Source of the DNA: an uncultured archaeon
Lineage (GTDB): Archaea > Asgardarchaeota > Heimdallarchaeia > Heimdallarchaeales > Kariarchaeaceae
Assembly (NCBI GenBank): GCA_964645535.1
Contig: CAZYCQ010000017.1
Location: forward strand, 1-50,423
Length of the DNA: 50,423 bases
Direction: 5' to 3'
The notes under the pieces are model-generated. The model ran no database searches and had not been told where the DNA came from. It was given only the letters and a program-made list of their open reading frames with translations. This document shows positions 15,839-24,617 of this stretch, piece after piece; positions within the stretch are counted from its first letter, which is position 1; every line of letters begins with the position of its first letter. A program made the translations under genes and the position numbers.

Positions 15839-16589
15839 TTTCAGATGACATTCTTTCAAAAAGATCGATAATGTCATCTCTTTGAGGTGCATTGTAATAT
15901 GCCCGACCCAGAATGCAAAAATCCGATAGTCCTATTCGATGAATGACCCATCCCTCATATTGAAAATTTTTGGTTCCAAATTGCTTGGGTGCAATCAATC
16001 TGGATTCTCCAATCCATGATCTTTCAAACGGAATTTCACTTAAGATTTCCATCAACAGCTGTATGATCTGTCCCTTTCCTTCCCTCCAAATATTGACAAT
16101 CCCGTCGTCCAAATCTGCAATCAACAAGGTATCCACATTTGGCATCTGCTTGAATTCTCTTTCAAAGACCTTCTCAATTTCTGGAAGAGCAGACTTGGGG
16201 AATGCCATTGTTGTGATCAGATTTTTGATCTCCTCTCTGATTTTCTCTTCATTCGGTATCCCTCTGTAAAAATCAGATTGCAAGAAATCATCATGGAAAC
16301 GATCAATCACATTGCTTAAGGTCTTCTTGGTGAATGGTTCATTGTCATAGGTGTCTTGAATGACTATATACGCCAAATGATCCTTTTCGATAGATGAAAT
16401 CTGGATATTTCCGATTTCCACCTCTCTGAGTTCCCCTTTTGGATCTCCTGCATCCATCTGCTTTCCTAAAAGAAGGATGCTTTGGATCAAGGAAATTAGC
16501 AACTCTGATGGAAGGGAGTACTTTTGGTCGTTATATGCCTCAAATCCCACTGATTTTGAGGTATCTACGACAAAAAGATAATGAATCAT
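15810..16589 (-). CDS. Longin-like domain plus a second roadblock/profilin-like domain
   Basis: MIHYLFVV...SELLISLIQSILLLGKQM...ELREVEIGN...LAYIVI...LSNVIDRF pattern; second half VDTLLIADLDDGIV. Confidence 0.6.
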   Translation of the reverse strand: MIHYLFVVDTSKSVGFEAYNDQKYSLPSELLISLIQSILLLGKQMDAGDPKGELREVEIGNIQISSIEKDHLAYIVIQDTYDNEPFTKKTLSNVIDRFHDDFLQSDFYRGIPNEEKIREEIKNLITTMAFPKSALPEIEKVFEREFKQMPNVDTLLIADLDDGIVNIWREGKGQIIQLLMEILSEIPFERSWIGESRLIAPKQFGTKNFQYEGWVIHRIGLSDFCILGRAYYNAPQRDDIIDLFERMSSEINTIIDRHS

Positions 16590-16864
16590 TAGATTTTCAT
16601 TGTTTTTAACCTATATTCATCTTTTTTGTCCTTCTCGTCTAAAGGTAAATTTTATGAGATGTTTTCCCGCAAACGAATGCCGTAAGTGAATCTTTTGGAT
16701 TTGCAAATTAACCAATCTGGAGGACAATTTGTGCAAAAATGTCGGAATTTTCAATTTTGATAACTGTTGTCCGAAAATTTAAGAGAATCAAAAATATTCT
16801 GCCCAATAAGTTTATATTCCTTTTTTTCTCCACATTACATAATCACAAAGGTGATTGTGGTCCT

Positions 16865-17575
16865 ATGATGGAATTCTATATCTCGCTCATTGTCATTGGC
16901 TTCATCTTGTTTCTTGTGAATGAGTTTGCCGATATGGAAGTGCCGTTCCTTGTCGGCTTCTTTTTTGCCCTTCCCTATTGTTTATTTCTTTGGGGTGTTT
17001 TTGGATTGTTAATTGGTCTGGGTGAACCAACATCTTTCCTTACTGGCTTTTTGATACCGTTTGTCCTAATTATCCTCATGTATTTTGCTTTTGTCCAGAA
17101 CAAGGACTACCGTGATCTTATCATCGGGCAAAAAGGAAGGATAACTGTTAAGACGGATCTTGAGTCCACCGGGGAGGTTGTTGTTGAAACAGATTGGGGA
17201 CGACAATTTTTGCTTGCAAAACCCTCGGATAAACAACTGAAGCCATTGGTGAAGGGTGATGAGGTAATTGTTGTGGAATTTGACCCGCCTTTTGCCTATG
17301 TTGAAAAGGTATCGGAATCCCACGATTCCTCTCTTCAACCTAGAAAACGAAGAATCCGTGTGCCAACCTTTAGAGGTATGCTTCGTAACTTGGTGTGGGC
17401 AAACAAATCAACGGGTCAAACTTGTGGCATCTGTTATGGTCAAATTTCAAAAGCCAAGCTGACAACATGCCCCCATTGCCAAACCCCATTCCACAAGGAC
17501 CACTTTGAATCATGGATTTCTGCCAAAGGACAATGCCCTGTTTGCAGAAATCCAGTGACTATCAATCATAATTAA
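16865..17575 (+). CDS. Membrane NfeD-like (TM + OB-fold) protein fused to a C-terminal RING-type zinc finger
   Basis: Three hydrophobic segments; LIIGQKGRITV...GEVVV...G...LA...LVKGDEVIVVEFD (NfeD C-domain); C-x2-C-x11-C-x2-C-x4-H-x2-H-x3-W-x6-CPVCR. Start set at ATG 16865 behind AGGTGA. Confidence 0.85.
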   Translation: MMEFYISLIVIGFILFLVNEFADMEVPFLVGFFFALPYCLFLWGVFGLLIGLGEPTSFLTGFLIPFVLIILMYFAFVQNKDYRDLIIGQKGRITVKTDLESTGEVVVETDWGRQFLLAKPSDKQLKPLVKGDEVIVVEFDPPFAYVEKVSESHDSSLQPRKRRIRVPTFRGMLRNLVWANKSTGQTCGICYGQISKAKLTTCPHCQTPFHKDHFESWISAKGQCPVCRNPVTINHN

Positions 17576-17588
17576 CGGAGGAAAAACA

Positions 17589-18863
17589 ATGTCCGCAAAA
17601 TTAATTGGAATTTATGCAGTTCTTGCAATTGCTGCAACTATTGCTGTTTCTACGATCAATACCACCGCAGGTACATTCCTGGGTATTGTACTCGGCGTGA
17701 TCTTTCTATTTTTATTGAGAGCTTATACCGTTGTCGACCTTCAGGAGGTTCACGTTCTTTCCGGGAAAGGGAAAGTGAAAGAATATACCGCAGGTCAATC
17801 CTATCTCTACTTCCCTTATCTTGAAAAGAGGAACATTGTTCCTCTGAGGGTTTTGGAAATTGCAATACCCAGAATCAAACTGATGGATATGAACAATCTT
17901 CCTTTTGGTGTCGAAATAAGTTGCAAGGTTCAAATATCTGATCCAAGGACTGCTGTTAAAGCATTGGGTCAAGCAACTCCTGATGAGATTCGACCGATTG
18001 TCGATGACACCATTCAGTCTGCTGCAAGAGCACAGGCGATGAAACAAACCCTGATCACCATTATGAGGGAAAGAGACGAAATTGAGCAGGCAATCCTTGC
18101 CGCCACCAATGACAGTCTTGCAAGAATTGGAATAAGGGTGGTTCTTTTTGACATCAAGAATATTGTCGATGTACCTGGCTCAACAGTCATCGCTGATATG
18201 GAACGAGTCAAATCTGCCGAATTGGAACGCCTTGCCCGTGAAGCAGAAGCAAAGGAAAACAGTGCCGCAGAAATTGTGGAGGCTCAGAAAAGGGCTGAAG
18301 CTGAAATTCAGAGGCAAAACGCTCTGAAACAATCTGAAATGGCTCGGCTTGAACAGGAAATGGCAGTTGCTGAAAAGCAACGTGAGCTCAAACTTAAAGA
18401 AATGGATGTCATAAATGCCCAAAAGAAAAGAGAAGCCGAGATCGAGGCAGAAAGAATTGCCATTGAGGCTAATGCGCAAGCGGAACAGCAACGTATGATT
18501 GCTCAAGGTAATGCAGATGCAAAATTGATTCAAGCAAAGGCAGATGCGGAATCTCTCAAACTCAAGGCATCTGCTGAAGCAGATTCGATCCGTCTTAAAC
18601 TTGAGGCAGAAGCGGAAGGTACAAAGGCTTTGGCTGATGCCCTTGCCAAATTCACACAAGAAGGAATTCATGTCAAATTGGCCGAAATTGATGCAGAAGC
18701 CAAGGCTAAAGTCGCTGAATCCATTGCTCGAGGAATACAGCATAGCACCAAACTGATTCTTCCTTCAAATGGTGTGTCAAGCCTCTTCACAAACCTTGTC
18801 AGTGGTCTTGAAACAATGAAGGAAGCTGGAGTTTCACTCGAAGACCTCAAAGGAAAGAAATAA
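17589..18863 (+). CDS. SPFH/band-7 flotillin-like protein
   Basis: N-terminal TM hairpin, SPFH core (YLEKRNIVPLRV...IKNIVD) and a long Ala/Glu-rich coiled coil (EAEA, AEAD repeats). Confidence 0.92.
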   Translation: MSAKLIGIYAVLAIAATIAVSTINTTAGTFLGIVLGVIFLFLLRAYTVVDLQEVHVLSGKGKVKEYTAGQSYLYFPYLEKRNIVPLRVLEIAIPRIKLMDMNNLPFGVEISCKVQISDPRTAVKALGQATPDEIRPIVDDTIQSAARAQAMKQTLITIMRERDEIEQAILAATNDSLARIGIRVVLFDIKNIVDVPGSTVIADMERVKSAELERLAREAEAKENSAAEIVEAQKRAEAEIQRQNALKQSEMARLEQEMAVAEKQRELKLKEMDVINAQKKREAEIEAERIAIEANAQAEQQRMIAQGNADAKLIQAKADAESLKLKASAEADSIRLKLEAEAEGTKALADALAKFTQEGIHVKLAEIDAEAKAKVAESIARGIQHSTKLILPSNGVSSLFTNLVSGLETMKEAGVSLEDLKGKK

Positions 18864-18865
18864 CC

Positions 18866-20878
18866 TTAGACATAATATTTGTAGCCTAACAATCTAATTA
18901 TTTCACTTGCATCCTCTAATTGATTTGTACTTTTTTCCATCAATTCAATTGCATCCTTTAGAGAAATGAAATCAAATGTGTTCTTCATCTTCACCTTTGC
19001 TAGTTGATCCCACAAAAGTCGGTAGATTACGTCAAGCAATTCCTCAACATTTCCCACTTCCATGGCTCTTGTTATTGCCACACCCAATCCCAGATTTAGT
19101 GAATCGATGGATTTTTCGAGAAATTCCAGCAACGCAAGCTCGATGACAGAATATAACACCAATAGATCCAATATTTCCTTTGGGAGCGGCTCATTGATCT
19201 TCAATAACCTTCTTAATCCTCTAAGCTCATTTCCTGCAGCCTTGTCTACCCTTGAGGCAATTTTCAATAATTCAAACGCATCCTTCTTTGGGAATGTTCC
19301 TGAATAGGTTTTTCTAGTCAGATCCATGAGAATCTCATCTCCGTCCAATTCGAACTTCTTCGCATTTTTCAGTCGGAGGTTAGCCTGTTCCATGTTCTCT
19401 TCCGCGTATGCCTTTATTCCTAATGTAATCTCATTTCCCAATTTCCGTATTGCTTTAATATGTTCCTGAAGATAGGACAATTGGTTCCAAACCGGCTTAC
19501 TATCTTTGAGAAAAAGAATAAGGATCATTGCATGTACGATCCCTATCAGGCCGACAAGACGAAGAAGAATTTCAAATATCCTGATGTTAGGAATTTCCGC
19601 AAAAAAATTCGGAAAAACTATTGTCTCCAATGAGATCAGGAATATCGAAGCAAAAAAATAGCCTAGATCAAGAAAAAGCCGGTATACCCCAAGCGCTCTT
19701 CCACGTATTGCTGGAGGGACGAGATCTGCCATTGCTGAACTGGGAAGTGGATAATAGATTCCTAACCCTAAACCTGTTGCAGCAATAAGCCCAAACATGT
19801 ATCCTACTGAATTTTGATCGACAACAAAATAGAACAACGCAAATTCTGCAAATACGCCGAAAATCAATGGAAATCTTCGACCAGCAATTTTCACCAAAGA
19901 GGGTGAAATGAAAATTCCGATTGCCCAAAACAAAACAAAAATGGTATTCAACTGAGCAAAAAGTGTAGTGGTATTTCCGAACCTTTCTGTCAAAAAAAGC
20001 GGATATACCAGAATAAATGCCGTATCCAACAATCGTGAAACTACTCCTGTCATCAAGATCACAATCAAGGTAGGTTTGAAGAACATCGAAACGTTTAGCT
20101 TCTCGTTTTCCAAACCATTTGGAGTGATGCCTTTTTCGAGAACAATCGCAAAAGTTTCTTCCATTTCATTCGGGATTTTTATTCCATGTTCCTTAGACAC
20201 CACTTCGATTTTGTGCAGAATATTTTCCGGTTTGAGAGTGAAGGTTTCTGTCTCCAATCCAACAATTTCTTTGCTTTCCCGTAAACCAATGATTGCCAGA
20301 AGAACCCCTGCCACTGCAATTCCAAAAGAAACTTGGAAAAAAAGGAAAAATGACCCGAAAGGCGAAAGGATTGAAGGAATAAAGGAACCAAAGGCGGTAC
20401 CAAGGTAAACGGAAAGTTCCATTAAGGAAACTGCCTTGCTTCGGTTCCCTATCCCTGAATAATCTGTCAATGCAACAGTAGATCCTGCATAGACAAATCC
20501 TGCACCTGCACCAAGAAGACCGTTTCCTAGTACAAAACCCACTAACCCTTCCACATAGAGGAATGACAAGGTTCCAAAAACTATAACCACCGTTCCCATG
20601 AAAATCGTTCTTTTTCGACCTAGTTTATCAGAGAAAAAACCGCCAATATAATTCCCAATCGCTTTTGCACTTCCATACAACGTCAAGGTGATGGCTCCCG
20701 CTAAAAGGTTGGAATATGATTGATTCAAGCCTTTTGAGTAGATCGCCAAAATTGATCTCTGAATTCCGATCGCACTGGATGTGAGGGCAAGAACAATGGA
20801 AATGAAGATAACTGGCCATAAAAATCTGGAAAAGGAAATGTCTTCGAGGGTCGTGTCAGAAACATCCATGTCAACCAT
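18866..20878 (-). CDS. MFS transporter fused to a C-terminal DUF47/PhoU-like domain
   Basis: MFS motif A GFFSDKLGRK and about 12 TM segments; C-terminal ~200 aa with FELDGDEI...RVDKAA...VEELLDVI...MEKSTNQLEDASE. Start set at ATG 20878 (uncertain). Confidence 0.82.
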   Translation of the reverse strand: MVDMDVSDTTLEDISFSRFLWPVIFISIVLALTSSAIGIQRSILAIYSKGLNQSYSNLLAGAITLTLYGSAKAIGNYIGGFFSDKLGRKRTIFMGTVVIVFGTLSFLYVEGLVGFVLGNGLLGAGAGFVYAGSTVALTDYSGIGNRSKAVSLMELSVYLGTAFGSFIPSILSPFGSFFLFFQVSFGIAVAGVLLAIIGLRESKEIVGLETETFTLKPENILHKIEVVSKEHGIKIPNEMEETFAIVLEKGITPNGLENEKLNVSMFFKPTLIVILMTGVVSRLLDTAFILVYPLFLTERFGNTTTLFAQLNTIFVLFWAIGIFISPSLVKIAGRRFPLIFGVFAEFALFYFVVDQNSVGYMFGLIAATGLGLGIYYPLPSSAMADLVPPAIRGRALGVYRLFLDLGYFFASIFLISLETIVFPNFFAEIPNIRIFEILLRLVGLIGIVHAMILILFLKDSKPVWNQLSYLQEHIKAIRKLGNEITLGIKAYAEENMEQANLRLKNAKKFELDGDEILMDLTRKTYSGTFPKKDAFELLKIASRVDKAAGNELRGLRRLLKINEPLPKEILDLLVLYSVIELALLEFLEKSIDSLNLGLGVAITRAMEVGNVEELLDVIYRLLWDQLAKVKMKNTFDFISLKDAIELMEKSTNQLEDASEIIRLLGYKYYV

Positions 20879-20980
20879 TAATCTCTGTGATTGATCAGGT
20901 TTTAACATTATCCTTGATTTCTGATATTTGACAAAATGCTTGAAAGGAAATTCTTTAAACGATGGGTTAAAGGCTAGTCT

Positions 20981-21799
20981 ATGGCTCTCCGTTTCAGTCC
21001 TCAGCAAGCAGTTGAAGCGAAATCTTCCGGAAAAAAATTGGTTGAACTAACTGCTTATGACTATTCTTTTGCAAAAATAATTGATGAAACTGCCTCTGTT
21101 GATATGATCCTTGTTGGCGATTCATTGGGGATGGTGATGCAAGGGCATGATACCACCCTTCCAGTGACCATGGATCAAGCTGTTTATCATGTCTCAATGG
21201 TGTCCCGAGGAGTGAAAAATGCAATGGTCATTGCAGACATGCCTTTCATGAGTTATCAAATCAATGAGGATGAAGCAATCAGGAATGCTGGTAGATTTGT
21301 TCAAGAAGGAAATGCCGATGCCGTGAAGCTGGAAGGAGCTGGCCGATTTTGCAAAATCATTCGTCGTCTTGTTGAAACAGGCATTCCTGTCCAAGGCCAC
21401 ATTGGATTGACTCCTCAATCAATAAACATGCTTGGAGGATGGAAGATCCAAGGAAAAACCATGTCTGATGCCGAAAAATTACTTCAACAGGCAAAGGAAC
21501 TTGAAGATGCTGGTGTTTTTTCATTGGTTCTTGAAGGAATGCCGAATGAAACTGCTAAAATGATCACTGAAAACCTGACCATTCCTACCATTGGAATTGG
21601 GGCTGGCCCCCACTGTGACGGTCAGGTTTTGGTAATGCACGACATGTTGGGGCTTTCTGATTTCCAGCCTGTCTTTGTCAAAAGATATGCCAACCTCAAA
21701 AATATTGCACAAACAGCAGTTAAACAATATTCCAATGAAGTTAGAAGTGGTGAATTTCCTGGGGAAAAATACACATATAAAACCAAATTGAGCAGTTAA
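20981..21799 (+). CDS. panB: 3-methyl-2-oxobutanoate hydroxymethyltransferase
   Basis: LTAYD, ILVGDSLGMV, ADMPF, VKLEG, GHIGLTPQ, TIGIGAG, DGQVLV. Confidence 0.97.
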   Translation: MALRFSPQQAVEAKSSGKKLVELTAYDYSFAKIIDETASVDMILVGDSLGMVMQGHDTTLPVTMDQAVYHVSMVSRGVKNAMVIADMPFMSYQINEDEAIRNAGRFVQEGNADAVKLEGAGRFCKIIRRLVETGIPVQGHIGLTPQSINMLGGWKIQGKTMSDAEKLLQQAKELEDAGVFSLVLEGMPNETAKMITENLTIPTIGIGAGPHCDGQVLVMHDMLGLSDFQPVFVKRYANLKNIAQTAVKQYSNEVRSGEFPGEKYTYKTKLSS

Positions 21800-24036
21800 G
21801 TCATTACCAATTCCTGCAACACACCTATCAAAATCTCTTCAGGAATCTTCCTTGTCGACATGATATTGTCCCGAGCACTCTGTTCCATTTCCCCAAACAT
21901 AGTGGCAATGGTAAACAATTGCTCACTCAATGCCCCACTTTCTTTTGAACCTCCTTTCGCAACCTCGTTTGCCGCCTTGAAAGTGGAATCTTTTGCCTTA
22001 CTCCAATGAAGGGCCGCATCAGAGAATTTTTTGGCTTGAAGGAAGTTCGAAGCCCTAATTGCTTCTGAAATTGCATCTATGAAGGAAATCGCTCCTGAAA
22101 TATTGGCATAAAGTGTTTGGAAATATTCCCAGTTAACGGCAGAACCTTTTATCCTGATTGGTTGCTTGTTTTTGATTAGGGTTTCTACAGCCACCAACAG
22201 GTCCTGCATCGATTTCTTGAATTCATTGATTTCACTAATGTCTTGAGGAACATTCAATCCTTGCTTGAGTGTTCTCGAGCCAATAACACTGCTGTCAATG
22301 ATTGCTGCCACCTTATTGATGAATGCAAATTGGAGAAGGGCTGTTCTCAGTTGAATTTCTGCGATCAATCCCCTAAGAAGGGCATTGTCGGCCAATGGCT
22401 TCAGAAATTTTTCAACTGTCTCTGATAATGCCTTGAGATTGTGTTTCTTCGCATAAGTTATCGCGTCTTGAACAAGGAAATACGTTTTTGCCCTAATCAT
22501 TAATTCTTTGACAGGATTCTTTCCGAACTCTTCCTCTGCTTTTATGCCAATAGTAATTGCTTCCGTGGCTTCATCGATTGCGTGAAGCTGAATTTGTGCT
22601 TCCTTTTTGAATTTTTCATTCTTTGGAAGAAGAAGGATGGCCAGTTCCAAAATTTCCAAATTCTTTCCAACATGTTCTAGTTGATGTTTCTCGTCTCCAC
22701 TGGCCAATGCCGACATCCAATCTGCTGTCAACTGCTGGAATGACTGATTCAATCGATCTTCAAGAAGATTGAACCTTTCATCAATAAATTTAGTAAGATG
22801 ATCTAGATTGAAATGATCTTTATCATTGATTCTATCAAGAAGGTATGCAAAAGTACTGTCATAAACCAAAAGAATTGATGACAAAAGGGGGACGTCACCA
22901 TGCTTGAGGCTTTCAGAAATCTCATCCTGAACATTTTTCACCTCTTCAATAAAGTCCAATTCAGTTCCTTCTGAAGAAATTTTCTCAAAGATCCTGTGAT
23001 AAGTTTTTGATGCTTTGGCTGCAACATTCGCAAATTGCATTACATGGAGTTCTTCAATAATGGTCGTCCTAGCCCACGCTAAAGGTGCAAAAAGGGCTTT
23101 GTTTTGCCCATGCTTGGTGATCAAGTCTGTTGCCATTTGGAAATATTGGATGGCAAAATCCAAATCTCCTTTGATTAATGCCTGTTTTGCAAGTGTGCGG
23201 TAATGGAACGCAAGATATGCATCTGAAAGCAGGTCGGTTGATTCAAAATTTGCTTGATTGAAACTGATTATTTTCTGCTTCAAGTCTGAAGTGATCTCCT
23301 CTTTTCTTTCGCTGGCCTTTTCCATATGAAAGGTGGCATGCGAAAAATTGGCATGGATCGCAATGGGATCCTTCCACCACCATGACTGTGAAACTTTGGC
23401 AAGTGTTGATCCTACATTTTTGAGAACAAACAAAGCCTGATTGAAATCATATTCTGCCAAAAGGCTTGCTCGGTTCCTTGAAATTCCCAATTCTTCCTCG
23501 GAAAAATCCACTTCTTGGAAATATCCTAGATGTTTTCTCAACTGATCTTGTTTTAACAAATCAAGCAGTATGGCCAAACTTTCCGGTGTAAATGATGCCT
23601 GTTGCGAAAAGCCCAATTGAAGGAGTTCATCGAAAGAAAATCTTGTTCTATAGTACCCTGAGGTTGATCCCTTGGAAAACTGTTTGAATAACTTGGTTTT
23701 CCCTAAAGTTGCATAGGCATAGCTTAACAAGCTAAGATCAAGCCAAAATCCGGTTACTGATTGAAGACGTTTGAGGTCTGCTACATCCGCCTTGTCTGGC
23801 GCCCTTTTGAGCTCGTCAACTATCCTGTCATAAAGACTCCGTGTCAGATCAATCACGAACAAAAGGTGAGCAACAACATCTTCTGAAAACTTGATCCAGT
23901 CTTTTGCTATTTCCTCATTTTCATCAATGCTCTCATAGTCCTTGTAGAGATTTTGCCGTAATCCCGTAAGTTCTCCGAACCTTGAGAAGACAAGCTTCTT
24001 ATCGAGGCTTTCAGTGGTCACAGGGAAAATTTGCAC
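21796..24036 (-). CDS. Large alpha-helical hypothetical protein
   Basis: 746-aa ORF of helical composition with TPR-like segments; no recognisable catalytic motif. Confidence 0.7.
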   Translation of the reverse strand: MQIFPVTTESLDKKLVFSRFGELTGLRQNLYKDYESIDENEEIAKDWIKFSEDVVAHLLFVIDLTRSLYDRIVDELKRAPDKADVADLKRLQSVTGFWLDLSLLSYAYATLGKTKLFKQFSKGSTSGYYRTRFSFDELLQLGFSQQASFTPESLAILLDLLKQDQLRKHLGYFQEVDFSEEELGISRNRASLLAEYDFNQALFVLKNVGSTLAKVSQSWWWKDPIAIHANFSHATFHMEKASERKEEITSDLKQKIISFNQANFESTDLLSDAYLAFHYRTLAKQALIKGDLDFAIQYFQMATDLITKHGQNKALFAPLAWARTTIIEELHVMQFANVAAKASKTYHRIFEKISSEGTELDFIEEVKNVQDEISESLKHGDVPLLSSILLVYDSTFAYLLDRINDKDHFNLDHLTKFIDERFNLLEDRLNQSFQQLTADWMSALASGDEKHQLEHVGKNLEILELAILLLPKNEKFKKEAQIQLHAIDEATEAITIGIKAEEEFGKNPVKELMIRAKTYFLVQDAITYAKKHNLKALSETVEKFLKPLADNALLRGLIAEIQLRTALLQFAFINKVAAIIDSSVIGSRTLKQGLNVPQDISEINEFKKSMQDLLVAVETLIKNKQPIRIKGSAVNWEYFQTLYANISGAISFIDAISEAIRASNFLQAKKFSDAALHWSKAKDSTFKAANEVAKGGSKESGALSEQLFTIATMFGEMEQSARDNIMSTRKIPEEILIGVLQELVMT

Positions 24037-24084
24037 AACTCGGTAAAAATACTTTGTTCAATCCCTATCCCACTTTTGCATCAT

Positions 24085-24411
24085 TTATTGTCTTGAATTC
24101 TTGAATTTTTTGAACTCCGATTCAGGATCAATTTGGCCAATATATTGCCCATCCTTCAACCATTGGATCGGTACAATCTGCATCTTTCCATTCTTTAGGG
24201 TTCTCATGACTCCAATAGGCAAAACCCTTGCAGCAAGTTCTTGACGGGCCATTTCGATGGGTGATATGGACATGTTCTCGAACTCCAATAAAGTAGGTGC
24301 TCCATGGCTGATCTGCAGCGCCCTTGCCCCCACTATTCTCGCTCTTTCATATTTGCTTAAATACTCCGTGCCGATCTCAATCTTGTCAGAAACGATCTCC
24401 TTCAACTCCAC
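24085..24411 (-). CDS. rpoK: DNA-directed RNA polymerase subunit Rpo6 (RpoK)
   Basis: LSKYERARIVGARALQISHGAP...PIEMARQEL...LPI. Confidence 0.95.
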   Translation of the reverse strand: MELKEIVSDKIEIGTEYLSKYERARIVGARALQISHGAPTLLEFENMSISPIEMARQELAARVLPIGVMRTLKNGKMQIVPIQWLKDGQYIGQIDPESEFKKFKNSRQ

Positions 24412-24617
24412 TTTCCGATTCCTCTAATTGCCCTTTTTGAGCCCATTTGTTTTTAATCTTTTCAAAGAAATCAATAAGTCAAAAATGATGCTTATTTCAA
24501 AATTTCATCAAATTTCCTCATATTATTGATGTTTGGTTCAAAAAAAAACATTATCTGTTAAGCAATGGTGTGTGTCAGGAGGAACGAGGTTTTAAGGGAG
24601 AGGGAAAACCTGCACTT

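Noticed and set aside
16739-16864. N-terminal extensions given by the track for nfeD-RING (and similarly larC, map, MFS, lrp)
   Set aside because: They run through promoter-like AT-rich sequence or overlap neighbours; downstream ATGs fit the family N-termini better
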